Below, piece by piece: positions 55,401 through 64,000 of a stretch of 64,000 nucleotides of DNA (its first letter is position 1; each line of letters opens with the position of its first letter). The notes under the pieces were generated by a model. The model did no database searches. It was not told the DNA's origin and saw only the letters and a list, made by a program, of their open reading frames with translations. Source of the DNA: Phoronis australis (Eukaryota > Animalia > Phoronida); contig NMRA01000440.1 of assembly GCA_002633005.1 (NCBI GenBank), positions 177,748 to 241,747 of the forward strand, read 5' to 3'. Made by a program: the position numbers and the translations under genes.

Positions 55401-56526
55401 GACTTAAAAGATACGGCAAAGTATTTCACATGTGAAAAAATAGTGGACAATTTCAAACGGTGTTGAGCCATTTCCTTATTTGTGTAAGATAAAACAATAC
55501 AACAATGCTATACAGAGTGTAGAGCCGTGTTTAAATACTTTGTTCTACTGGTCACATAAAAATAATTGAATACAAACAGAATCACCCGTTTCACTTCATG
55601 ACATCGGCAATGATTTCCCAAAGTAGCCTCACTGATATTTTACTGTGCCTTATTTTGCCTACTGTTTTACAGCTAAACACTGACATTATGATTTAACCCT
55701 AATATCACCATGACCATACTGTACTGAAGACAGTTGTGAAGCCCAGACATTATCACAACTTTGCTTTTCTTAGTCCTGCTTTACCTTTACAGACTACATT
55801 TGAAAGTATCCTCTTAAAATATTGAAACTAAGCAACACATAGATGTCACCTAAGCTGGAAGCCTGCATAAACATCATTGTGGTTGTCACAATCATGATGG
55901 TTGTCAATTTGTCGACCATTGGACGTAGGACAAACCCCAAACTCACAAAAATTCTATTCTGTATCAATAGCGGGTGGAATCAGTTCAGAAGTCACTCGTA
56001 AATACTCTAGAGGCATTGCCAAGTCCTCTTACCTGTATTAGAAACTGGTACAACTAGACAGCCTAAATATGATTTGCAGAGATCATCCAATATGTTAGAA
56101 GCGTGCTCAATCACCACTAATGTCATGCAACCAGTTATACTGACCTGTCGACATCACTACAATAATTATTACTTGGCTCAACCTGCAGATGTCATCGTAA
56201 CAACCAACTGATCGTTTAACTCACCCTGTAGCCAGAGACACAACTGATGTTCCTGCATCGGTCAACCCATGTATCCTTCACACCAGAGTCATGCGTGATC
56301 GACCATGTGAAGGTGAGATTGTCGCCCATGGTAAGGGAAGCCTCGAACACAACCGTAGTGTTGACAAACACTGGACGGCCTGTCTGCGGTAGATGAACAG
56401 GGACGCATGATGGGAGGTGACGTGATGGGGTTACAACCACCAGCTGGAGGTTCAAAGGTCGGGGAAGAACAACAGTGATGTTGGAGGTGACTTGTAGTGA
56501 TGAAATTGAGTTACTGATGAAAAGAT
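25354..56526 (-). CDS. PKD1L1: Polycystin-1 family (PKD1L1-like) gene, internal part: 24 exons, ~1900 aa of PKD repeats plus REJ module; both ends lie outside this span
   Basis: Exons have canonical AG/GT boundaries and consecutive phases match (5704 nt open). PKD motifs recur (WxFGDG; HxF/YxxxGxYxVxVxAxNxVS). REJ motifs: PCQPARI, LNGSLSNDPD, YNWSC, NASPVKGRCTIFPTEG...FKVVCIGWQD, PLTYEVSY...IYRG...FSLP. Family call is strong; the PKD1L1 orthology is inferred. Confidence 0.85.
25636..25809. repeat. 24-bp tandem repeat, ~7 copies
   Basis: Unit AACACAATATCTACTA(C/T)AATCATC. Confidence 0.93.
26258..26387 (-). CDS. REJ exon: NLPLTYEVSYSTGDHLPNNLIYRGEQNEVQFSLPAASPAAISQ
   Basis: gttgtAG / GTAGGT; 130 nt, phase 0 to 1; PLxY...YxG...LP motif; follows a 9.2 kb intron. 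Confidence 0.9.
27399..27894. mobile_element. hAT-like MITE (CAGGGCTTGGAAT TIR), copy 1
   Basis: 13-bp perfect TIRs; ACAAAT duplicated on both flanks; homologous to 36167-36830. Confidence 0.8.
28873..30055 (+). mobile_element. Helentron-associated non-autonomous element (HINE/DINE-1-like), single copy
   Basis: 5' hairpin GCGCTCCGAGGAGCG plus subterminal ACTTGGCGAAAT, (GAT/GAC)n tracts, 3' CATACTTGGCAAAAT; collinear with the units at 58659-62806. Confidence 0.65.
30462..30540 (-). mobile_element. tRNA-derived SINE head or tRNA pseudogene
   Basis: Pol III A box TGGTGTACTGG and B box GGTTCGACTCC at tRNA spacing; acceptor and anticodon stems do not pair properly. Confidence 0.55.
31094..31210. 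repeat. 117-bp imperfect palindrome (hairpin)
   Basis: GTTATCCCCC..TCTAGAGCCC..TGGATTTTGGAG..ATTATC arm with its inverted partner; symmetric CTC/CTC mismatches. Confidence 0.8.
34487..34949. mobile_element. hAT MITE
   Basis: CAGGCCTTTAT / ATAAAGGCCTG TIRs; perfect 8-bp TSD CCTAGGAG; subterminal GGACGCCC repeats. Confidence 0.88.
35549..35697 (-). CDS. REJ exon: GASGRRGDAKVYFRINASPVKGRCTIFPTEGIEEETTFKVVCIGWQDDDK
   Basis: cccatAG / GTAGGT; 149 nt, phase 1 to 0; hallmark REJ motif NxxPxxGxCxxxPxxG...F...CxGWxD. Confidence 0.92.
36167..36830. mobile_element. hAT-like MITE (CAGGGCTTGGAAT TIR), copy 2
   Basis: TIRs CAGGGCTTGGAAT / ATTGCAAGCCTTG; TATCT duplicated; internal homology to copy 1. Confidence 0.75.
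36831..37101. repeat. 63-bp minisatellite abutting an exon donor; degenerate copies continue at ~36075-36166
   Basis: CCCTGCACTACTTATCAGCCTCACCATAACCCCGCCC... units; an N at 37043 marks a probable assembly gap. Confidence 0.85.
37102..37398 (-). CDS. REJ exon, Gly-rich then conserved: EIKEGGGGRGQG...TGTGLKNKSLVLKPGVLSQGRRYLVQFTASEP
   Basis: aatttcAG / GTGAGT; 297 nt, phase 1 to 1; TG...LVLKPGVL...Y REJ motif. Confidence 0.88.
38140..38199 (-). CDS. Putative 60-nt symmetric micro-exon: (V)NSGRKRDSDSLFNYNFSEN
   Basis: tcttatttcAG / GTATGT; phase 1 to 1, open frame; not required to keep the frame. Confidence 0.5.
39761..40077 (+). pseudogene. Decayed HIRAN-like domain ORF, probably transposon cargo
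   Basis: YQSSIHGFHLYKEIWNSVKDE*LETLHKTFNPIDKYA, then a frameshift into GHIPREISKTGAFFLKH...GDLEITC; resembles the SxIRGYHVYKxIW...NxxDxxA...GHxPRxIS...GLEIPC HIRAN-like family. Confidence 0.7.
40245..40410. repeat. ~40-43-bp tandem repeat, 4 copies
   Basis: Core AAGTTGTGGGATAATACAGTAACTCCACAA. Confidence 0.88.
40484..40669 (-). CDS. REJ insertion exon, Thr-rich: ANDYMKCVEPDGSTW...TTTTT...GFVESP
   Basis: tgaacAG acceptor; CTG|GTAGGT donor (boundary 40484/40483) gives the required phase 1; the GTGAGC at 40454 would break the frame. Confidence 0.75.
40908..41059 (-). CDS. REJ exon: LSVQCVDCSDGVINSDKRLRLHSVCPDCSPYTIYDWQV
   Basis: ttttgatAG / GTGAGT; 152 nt, phase 2 to 1; CxxC...CxxC...YxW motif. 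Confidence 0.9.
41460..41675 (-). CDS. REJ exon: YNWSC...LTITFPARLLKPVGQFVFNLT...EESRL
   Basis: actccAG / GTAAGT; 216 nt, phase 2 to 2. Confidence 0.9.
41773..42028. repeat. 64-bp tandem repeat, 4 copies
   Basis: Unit AAGGTCATATGCATGGTGATCACACACAGACTTGTGTGG... Confidence 0.93.
42716..42891 (-). CDS. REJ exon: VKMNGT...IISGGIEREVGRNDTLTLNGSLSNDPD
   Basis: ttgttgtAG / GTATTT; 176 nt, phase 0 to 2; IxGG...LxGSxSxDPD motif. Confidence 0.9.
43061..43252 (-). CDS. REJ exon: VLYSEVIRVEASLDIDC...LYMPARSLPYGDYILQIE
   Basis: tgttcAG / GTAAAC; 192 nt, phase 0 to 0; LxxPxRxLxYGxY REJ motif. Confidence 0.9.
43831..43969 (-). CDS. Polycystin-like exon, last PKD repeat / start of REJ: PGEYILQLVAHNLVS...ERPCQPARIKI
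   Basis: gttccAG / GTAAGC; 139 nt, phase 2 to 0. Confidence 0.9.
44076..44388. repeat. 17-bp minisatellite, ~18 copies
   Basis: Unit TACACT(C/T)TGAGGAACAT; a C-variant block followed by a T-variant block. Confidence 0.95.
44607..44849 (-). CDS. Polycystin-like exon: YYVRVTASNPVS...YDWSFGDG...QHRYS
   Basis: tttttgtgcAG / GTAAGG; 243 nt, phase 2 to 2; WSFGDG motif. Confidence 0.9.
45022..45205 (-). CDS. Polycystin-like exon: SVTITANGTLHETDAVVQF...YLWDYG...YIYTNPKS
   Basis: tcttacAG / GTGAGT; 184 nt, phase 1 to 2. Confidence 0.85.
46614..46739 (-). CDS. Polycystin-like exon: GPTVNHTFFEVGRYAVTCTASNLL...VQELQ
   Basis: ttgctcAG / GTAAGT; 126 nt, phase 1 to 1. Confidence 0.85.
46932..47156 (-). 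CDS. Polycystin-like exon: EGVYTIKVTATNPLG...YWWQFGDGSQSVGA
   Basis: tttgttAG / GTATGT; 225 nt, phase 1 to 1; WQFGDG motif. Confidence 0.9.
47561..47691 (-). CDS. Polycystin-like exon: VEYGSNVQFTFDYGNG...PAFTS
   Basis: ttgacAG / GTGAGT; 131 nt, phase 2 to 1; FDYGNG PKD motif. Confidence 0.85.
48358..48543. repeat. 23-bp minisatellite, ~8 copies
   Basis: Unit CATGACTTTCACCTTTCACATAA. Confidence 0.93.
48608..48832 (-). CDS. Polycystin-like exon: TTNSSQAVFVFPATASEYTIKVDVVN...IVLTAK
   Basis: ttcttcAG / GTGAGT; 225 nt, phase 2 to 2. Confidence 0.85.
49390..50049 (-). CDS. Polycystin-like exon (PKD repeats): PPLTTKWTVLASSGSQLVFSW...HVFPAIGEYEVKVNISNQVS...RVQS
   Basis: Contains most of the 192-aa ORF; acceptor ttacttccAG chosen because it satisfies phase 2; donor GTGAGT; 660 nt. 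Confidence 0.85.
50400..50605 (-). CDS. Polycystin-like exon: NFQSGVTSVVHYGDG...HTYLMPGVYMV...GPSILPLY
   Basis: ttgtAG / GTACGT; 206 nt, phase 0 to 2; YGDG PKD motif; an in-frame alternative acceptor lies 9 nt downstream. Confidence 0.8.
50700..50940. repeat. 50-bp tandem repeat, ~4.5 copies
   Basis: Unit ATGATCACCATCATCAGTTTGGTGAAATGTCTATATAGTCTGAGCTACTA. Confidence 0.92.
51108..51223 (-). CDS. Polycystin-like exon: VSQLTLHHSVTVFAMSSTPRLTAASHIVEVGQSVLLTVK
   Basis: tttccAG / GTAAGT; 116 nt, phase 1 to 0. Confidence 0.85.
51277..51421. repeat. 24-bp tandem repeat, 6 copies
   Basis: Unit TTGTAATTCACAATCTTTGACCAT. Confidence 0.9.
51789..51920 (-). CDS. Polycystin-like exon: DMLCNRSDVLYTWG...FTQPGVYTINVTVSNI
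   Basis: tttctAG / GTGAGT; 132 nt, phase 1 to 1. Confidence 0.85.
52471..53722 (-). CDS. Polycystin-like large exon (about four PKD repeats)
   Basis: Lies within the 426-aa ORF; ttttcAG / GTAAGG; 1252 nt, phase 0 to 1; NFGDG and HTFTTAGLHTVKVHAFNNVS motifs. Confidence 0.92.
53841..54150. repeat. 44-bp tandem repeat, ~7 copies
   Basis: Unit CTTAACTCCCAGTAAACCAACCTTCACAAACCACTTTATACTCC. Confidence 0.92.
54165..54251 (-). CDS. Polycystin-like exon: SHVFPSLGIYTVNVNVSNTLGWLESSMLI
   Basis: ttgcAG / GTAAGT; 87 nt, phase 0 to 0; PKD C-terminal strand motif; too short for the ORF track. Confidence 0.85.
54400..54745. repeat. 50-bp tandem repeat, ~6.5 copies
   Basis: Unit TGAACACTGTCCAGAAGGATGTATACCTTAACTATAACAAGACCAGGCTT. 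Confidence 0.94.
56225..56526 (-). CDS. Polycystin-like exon (PKD repeat): LFISNSISSLQVTSNITVV...FEASLTMGDNLTFTWSI...SGYR
   Basis: tttttgttttacAG acceptor, AGG|GTGAGT donor; 302 nt, phase 1 to 0. Confidence 0.85.
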
Positions 56527-56680
56527 CTGTAAAACAAAAAGAACAACAGTGATGTTGCAGGTGACTTTGTGGTGATGAAACTGAGTTACTGATGAGATCT
56601 GTAAAACAAAAAGAACACCAGTGATGTTGGAGGTGATTTGTAGTGATGAAATTGAGTTACTGATGATGAGATCTGTAAAT
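56466..56680. repeat. Triplicated ~72-74-bp unit spanning a splice acceptor
   Basis: Three copies of GAACAACAGTGATGTTGGAGGTGA...GAGTTACTGATGA..GATCTGTAAA. Confidence 0.88.
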
Positions 56681-58054
56681 CAATCTCATCATTATGGTGA
56701 TTATTTTCACAAATTATTTTATTTCATTTAAAAGAAATTTAAGATCTAAAAATATCTAACTAAATGGGCAGAAAAGAGAGATGGTATTGCTCGTCATTTT
56801 CGGCAAAAATAATTGTCAAAATTGTCTCTTTTCAATTTGACACAAGTAAAAAAAATACAAACAGTCGTTTTAAGACAGCTGTACAAAGAAGCTGTGTGTG
56901 AGGTAATATTTTCGATCCTTTCATATTTGTTGATACATTTGACAAAAATTCTGTTTTTGTCTTATGTTAAAAAGGCAAAGAATTGCTGTACATTAAACAA
57001 GCTGTTCTTGGACAACCAGTCATTAAAGAAGCTTATAAGAGACATTGGTCAGTCATGGTACAGTGCAGTGCTCACAGTGCAGTGCTCGTTTAATTCAGAT
57101 GTTTAAATTAAAGATTCAACCACTTCTTGAAGTTGTCAGTGATACAAGCCCAACTATACTAATAACAACGAACAGGGTAACAGGAATATGTGGCACAACT
57201 AAATGAACAAATGATTGGATGAGATAGCAGGTGTGTCACACCATCACCATGGCGACAGCACACAAACTGGACATCTGCAGATGACTGTGTTGAGGAGGAC
57301 TGCACACAAGATGAGATGCTAAGAGATAGTAGCACACAAAGAGAATGGGCGAAGTAATTAACTCAACAAACACGGCAACACTCAGTCACAATCAATATGG
57401 TGTTAAACACCAGCCCATTACACACAGGTTCTTCAGTCACAACCAATGTGTTGTAAAATACCAGCCTAATACACGCAGGTCATTCAAATAGACAATGCAG
57501 AGAACTGAGGCTATGAGTTAACATTAAGTAAGTACTATGCTTCTTCTCCAATTATTGTAGTAACACACACTAAAATACACACCTTAAGGGATTCCAAGCT
57601 ATCATTGTTTCATGGGATGCTAATTCACAGGAGATCTGACTTCATGCTAATAAAACAACAATTAGCGTCAGTGTTGCTAGCCACCTGGGTTAATCACACA
57701 TTTGTAACCAGAAAGGTGGATTTGTGGGTAATCCCAGGGCTTGGGATCTATGTTAACTTGATAATTTATAATGCAGACAAGTCACCAAGGGCCTAGCATA
57801 AACATTACACTAGGACTAAATAAATATTTGACAACTACATATCATGTAGTGTAAAGAAGGAGTAAACAGGACAAACAAATTACAAAATTAAAGAAGATGG
57901 AGCCAAAAGATTAGATAAATATATTTTTACAATGAATGGCAACTTTCAAGACATGGAAAAACCTTGCCTAAAGCTCAGTTAAAGAAAAGCTCAACACAAG
58001 GATGGATGATACAAACTGTCTGATTCTAAGTCAGATCCGTCCCCCTAGTTAAGT

Positions 58055-61000
58055 GGGCCGTGTTTCTTTTAATATCTTTTAAAATATTGATTGTCAGTAT
58101 GTAAAACCATATTCTTCCAATCCTTGATAATCTGGGAAGACAATATGAACGAAAGCATTGCTCCAACATTTGCAATCATATGATCACGTTATTTTCGTAA
58201 AAAATCATGATTTTCCAAGGAGACCACCATAACTTCCACAAATCTCATTTTTCATAAGAGGATGGTAAATTCTGTTTATTTGGTCCATTGGCTACAAAAC
58301 GGCATTTGGGATTTTTTAAGGTCTTCAATTCCGAGAACTCAGCTGTCAAAAATCAAGACCTCTGAAATTTTCATGGGTCGAGGTCTAGATTTTTGACAGT
58401 CGAGATATGGGGGTGAGACCATTAAAAAACCCAACAGCTTTGTAGTTAATAGACCAAATAAAGAGAAATTAACACCCTCTTAGGAAAAAAATAAGACCTG
58501 CGAAAGTTATCTCAGTCTCCATGGAAAATCATAATTTTTACAGAAAAAACGTGACCAAGTGATTGCAAAAGTTCAAGCAAAGTTCACATTATAGTCTTCC
58601 CTGATTATCAAGCATTCGAAAAATATATGGTTTTACATACTGGCGATCAATATTTCAAATGAAAGCACTCCGAGGAGTGACACTTGGCGAAATTAATCGA
58701 AAAGATGACGATAAAGATGATGACGAAGACGACGACTATGACAACGATGGTGGCGATGATGAACAATACAAGTAATGATAACATTCACATGACGAACGTA
58801 GAGGTCAGAAATCAGTAAAAAATAGGCTACAATCTTGAGCGACACTTGGCAAAATTAACTGAAGAAAACAAGACGTCGGAGATGATGATGAAGATGACGA
58901 ATATGATGGTGGTGGCGATGATAAACAACATCACAACATTCATATGACGAACTTAGATGTCATAAAGCAATAGTTCAATAGAAGATAAACCAACATCAAT
59001 GCAGCAAGAGCACTCAATAAAGGAACAGCGTTATCAGAAAATCTCAAATAACTCGAAAAGTAGACGTCCCAGCGAAAAATGGAAAACATCTTCTGAAAGC
59101 CCGTTCAAAACTCTATCTAAATTGTTAAGTATCACACAATTCTGTAAATTTTTCGAAAAAAATGAAATTTTGCGTTTTTTTTAAAAGAAATTCAAAGTCA
59201 AATAACTCGAAAACGGTAAGTCTAAGAAAAAAATTGTTAGGGGTAATTTGAAAGGGTATACTTCAAAGAATCCACATGCAAAAATTCACGTCATTCTCTC
59301 TACCCGTTTAAAATTGCACTCCAGCATGACTGAAAATGGGTCAACATGCGCCAGATCCGCCATCTTGAAAGCAACTTCCGGTTTTTTGGCTTTATATAAT
59401 AGCATGTCATAAAAAACTAATATCTGAAAAAATTCGAAGGAATTGGCCCTCTAGAGGAGAAAACGTTTTTTTCCCGAAATCGAGGTGCGCATGCGCGAGT
59501 GCCAATATTTCCGCCATCTTTAAACGAAAAACAACAATTTCCAGTATAGGTATAGAGCACATCCAGTCCATTAATTGTGCCTATTTTCAGCTCTGTACGT
59601 AAAAAATTGCAGCCACCAGAAGCCTTCGAATCTTAAAATGAAAACAAAATGGACGCCATAGCCGCCATCTTGGATCCAATTTTGTCAAAAAACAATAGGC
59701 TTCCAGTACTACACATTATGTGTAAATTTCGTGATGATAGGACGAAAATTGCGACCTGTATCGTGCGAACAAACAAAAAAACGAGAGCGCTCAGATGAAC
59801 GACACTTGGCGAAATTACGCGAAAACAGGACGATGGGAGGGCCACGATGATAATGACAATGGAGGCGGAGATAATGAACAACACGATAACATTCATGTGA
59901 CTAGCGAAGAAATCAGTGAGAAATAGGCTGCAGTCTTGTTCAATAGCCGGTAAATTAACAACAGTGGGAGAGCGCTCGGAGGAGGGACACTAGGCGAAGT
60001 TAACCGAAGAGACGACGATGGAGATCACGATGACGGCGATGATTATGATGATGATAGTGGGGATTATGAGCAACACGATAACATTCACATGACTAGTGAA
60101 GATGTCAGAAATCAGTAACAAATAGGCTACTGTCTTGCTCAGTAAACCAACATCAATGCAGTAAGAGCACTCAACAAAGGAACAGCGCTATCAGAAAATC
60201 TCAAATAACTCGAAAAGTAGACGTCCCAGCGAAAAATGGAAAACATTTTCTGAAAGCCCGTTCCAAACTCTATCTAAATTGATAGTTTTGCAACATTCCA
60301 TAATTTCTTTAAAAAAATTGAACTTTTGGGTTTTTTTCAGAAATTCAAAGTCAAATAACTCGAAAACGGTAAGTCTGACAAAAACGTTATTGCAGAACTT
60401 TTGAAAGAGCATACTTCAAGGAATCCACATGCAAAAATTCACGTCATTTGCTCTTCCCGTTAAAAATGCGACCGTTGAAGGATTGAAAACGGGTGAAAAT
60501 GCGCCAGAGCCGCCATTTTGAAAGTGACTTCCGGTTAAACAAAATTTTATAAAAATCAAAAAAGTAGCAACAAACACCTGACCAGTTTGAAAATGATTGG
60601 TTCCCAAATGAGCCCTCTACAGGAAAAAACGTTTTCGGCCAGTTATCGAGGGGCGCATGTGCCATTGTCAATATTTCTGCCATCTTTGACCCAAAGTTAA
60701 AGATTTATGGCGCAGTTGTAGTGCTTGTGTGATATAATAATCGCACCAATGTTCAGCCCTGCACGTCGAAAGATGCAGCCTCTATGACCAATGTCTTCAT
60801 GGTCTTGTTCAATAGAAGCTAAACCAACATCAGTGCAGCAAGAGCTGTCAACAAAGGAACAGCGCTAGCAGAAAATCTCGAATAATTCAAAAAGTAGACG
60901 TCGTAGCGAAAAATGGATATCTTCTGAAAGCCTGTCCAAAATTCTATCCAGATTAATAGTTTCACAATATTCCATAAAGTTTTCAAAAATACTGAAATTT

Positions 61001-62828
61001 TGCATTTTATCGCAGAACTTTTGAAAGAGCATACTTCAAGGAATCCACATGCAAAAATTCACGTCATTTGCTCTTCCCGATAAAAATGCGACCGTTGAAG
61101 GATTGAAAACGGGTGAAAATGCGCCAGAGCCGCCATTTTGAAAGTGACTTCCAGTTAAACAAAATTTTATAAAAGCTTATTAATAGCAACTAACACGTGA
61201 CCAGTTTGAAACTGATTGGTTCGCAAATGCGCCCTCAGAGGAGAAAATGTTTTTGGCCAGATATCGGGGTGCGCATGCGCCACTTCCAATATTTCCGCCA
61301 TCTTTGACCGGAAGTCAACGATTTTCGGCACAGTTGTAGCACGTGTTCTATAATAATCGTACTATGCTTCAGCCCTGTACGTCAAAAAATGCGGCCTCTA
61401 CGAGCATTTGACTGTGAAATCGGAAAAAAATTGGCCGCCACGTCCCCCATTTTGAATCCAATAATGACCAAAAACAATAGCGTTCCAGTACTTCCCGATC
61501 TACACGCCGTGTGCAAATTTCGTGAAAATCGGACGAAAACTTCGACCTGTAGAGAGCGAACAACCACCAAAATGAAAGCGCTCTGAGGAGCGAAACTTGA
61601 CGAAATTAACCAAAAAAAAACACGTTAGAGATGACGAGAAAAGACGGCGACAGAGATGATGACGAAGATGACAGCTATGACGACGATGTTGGCGATGATG
61701 GACAATGCAAGTTATGATATCATTCATATTACGAACGTAGAGGTCAGAAATCACTAAGAAATAGGCTACAGTCTTGAGCGACACTTGGCGAAATTATCGA
61801 AGAAAAGACGACGTCGGAGATGATGACGAAGATGACGAATATGATGATGGTGGTGGCGATTATGAACAACATCATAACATTCATATGACGAACTTAGACG
61901 TCATAAATCAATAAGAAATAGGCTACAGTCTAGTTCAATAGAAGCTAAACCAACATTACTGCAGCAAGAGCGCTCAAGAAAGGAACAGCGTTATCAGAAA
62001 ATCTCAAATAACTGAAAAAGTAGACGTCGTAGCGGAAAATATCTTCTGAAAGCCCGTTCAAAAGTCTATCCAAATTGATAGTATCACACAATTCCGTAAA
62101 TTTTTTCGAAAAAAATGAAATCTTGGGTTTTTTAAGAAATTTAAAGTCAAGTATCTCGAAAACGGTAAGTCTGAGAAAAAAATTGTTACAGTTCATTTGA
62201 AAGAGTATACCTTAAAGAATCCACATGCAAAAATTCACGTCATTTTCTCATCGCGTTTAGGTGGCACCTCAGCACGACTGAAAATAGGTCAACATGCACC
62301 AGAACCGCCATCTTGAAAGCAACTTCCGGTTTTTTGGCTTTGTATAATAGCATGTCATAAGAAACTAATAGCCGTAAAAATTCGAAGGAATTGGTCTCAT
62401 AATGCGACCTCTACAGGAGAAAACGTTTTTAGGCCAAAATCGAGGTGCGCATGCGCGATCGCCGATATTTTCGCCATCTTTAACCAGAAGTAAACAATTT
62501 CCGGTATACTTGTAGCAAACTTCCGGTTCATTTACTGTGCCGATTCTTAGCCTTTTACGTAAAAAATTGTAGCCTCCAGAAGCATTTGAACCTTTAAATG
62601 AAAACAAAATGGCCACCACAGCCGCCATCTTGGATCCAATTTTGACGAAAAACAATAGGCTTCCAGTACTTCCGGAAGTACGTGTTATGTTTAAATTTCG
62701 TGATGATCGGACGAAAATTGCGACCTGTATCGTGCGAACTAAAAAAAAACAAACAAACTTAGTGGAAGAGCAACATACTTGGCGAAATAAATTTCGCCAA
62801 GTAAAAGATGTTAAAAGAAACATGGCCC
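58055..62828. mobile_element. Old ~600-bp foldback element split by the HINE array
   Basis: 58083-58360 is an imperfect inverted repeat of 58380-58655; the terminal GGGCCGTGTTTCTTTTAATATCTTT pairs with AAAGATGTTAAAAGAAACATGGCCC just after the array. Confidence 0.7.
58659..62806 (+). mobile_element. Head-to-tail array (about four full or partial units) of the HINE-like element
   Basis: 5' ends at ~58659, 59783, 59965 and 61572; a single 3' stem-loop TACTTGGCGAAAT-AA-ATTTCGCCAAGTA at 62776-62803; inserted in an A-run with no obvious TSD. Confidence 0.7.
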
Positions 62829-64000
62829 TCAGTAATGAAGGTAAGCAGTGACTCAGCTCGATAACATTTGGAAGGTTATTAAGAGGTTACTGCTAATATC
62901 ATGCTATACAACAATGACTTGGCAGAAGGTTTGTTAGAACTGTCACATAACCTGAGTGTGAGGGAAAAGCTTATGTGTAACAGAGGGCAGAGGCTTTATC
63001 ACCATTCTTACTGTGCCTTTACAAACCTAATTGACAAACCCTAGTAAGTTATTGCATAGACAAGATGAAGTCAAACCCTGACTCTGGCGCAAGTCATAAA
63101 GGATAGCTAATCCCTATGGGCTGCATGCTAAACCCTCTCTGGAGACGCAACAAAGAGGAAGGTTTAGGGATGATCCGCTTCACAATAAACGATCAAGATA
63201 GCTTGGCTGATCTTGTTAAGACATCGTGGGGGATTTGACTGCTAGGATTTGTTTGATGGCTTATTAATTTGGGGTGATAAAAATGTTGACATTAATAGGG
63301 GTAATCTTAAATAGCCTTATCACTGAGAAATCAATAGAGCTAGTTGAATCGATTGTTATTCAAACAGCCAGGGACATGAACAGCACTTCAAACTAGCAGT
63401 TATACCACATTTATACCATAAAACCACAAGATGAGAATTAGCCTACAAAATACAAGAACATGCTATTAAAGTAGACTTGAGGTTGTTTGGACTCTCAGCT
63501 ACACCGGTGAGAAACAACACGACCGCCGGTCCTCTAAACAGGACCTCCGGGGATCAAATGGGACTGCCGCACCAGAAAATGGGACTGACGCACCTAAAAA
63601 CATGACCGCCCCACCACAAAACAAGACCGCCCGGGACTAAAACCGCAATGACTAACAGGCTAAGATTTATTACCGTTAGGCCTAAACAGATCATACAATG
63701 GGGCTATATACGTATGCATATGCAGGTCTTGTGCTGATTAATCCACCGAAATCTTTTGTGCGCAACAGAGGACACTTCGCTTTGTAATACGCGGCGCTTT
63801 TCATGATATAAACATTCAAACTAAATAAGATTGGTCCAAACCCCGCCTGTCAGGGTAAACTGTGGGGTTTGGAAAATTGAACTAGACCGTATTTATCCAC
63901 CTTGGCCAGGGACTCATCTAGGATTTGAAAATTGGGGGTCCAAATTCGTGAGACTGACGAGTCGTGCAAAGCGCAAATCTGAGGCGCGCAGCGCTGGGGG

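Noticed and set aside
59633-62851. Multiple 60-150 aa ORFs in the 58.6-62.8 kb array
   Set aside because: They recur with each non-coding repeat unit and show no Rep, helicase or transposase motifs.
63907-64000. CAGGG-starting GC-rich stretch, a possible hAT MITE end
   Set aside because: It is cut by the window edge, so the partner TIR and TSD cannot be verified.

Overview
Eukaryotic, AT-rich, intron-rich animal DNA; the repeat content suggests a marine invertebrate, probably a lophotrochozoan, but that is inference. The window is dominated by an internal segment of one very large minus-strand gene of the polycystin-1 family. I reconstructed 24 GT-AG exons by hand between 56526 and 25354. 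Their splice phases join into one open frame of 5704 nt (~1900 aa): a long run of PKD (Ig-like) repeats followed by a REJ module. The REJ carries a Thr/Gly-rich low-complexity insertion where, from my recollection, vertebrate PKD1L1 has one. The start of the gene lies beyond 64000. No GAIN/GPS, TM or PLAT exons are recognisable in 1-25353. The introns hold many non-autonomous DNA transposons: hAT-like, Harbinger-like, TTAA/Kolobok-like and foldback elements, plus a Helentron/HINE-like family present as a single copy and as a ~4 kb tandem array. They also contain decayed THAP and HIRAN coding remnants, a tRNA-like SINE head and many unrelated minisatellites, two of which duplicate splice sites. 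No prokaryotic systems or CRISPR arrays are present, and I found no clearly novel multi-gene system.
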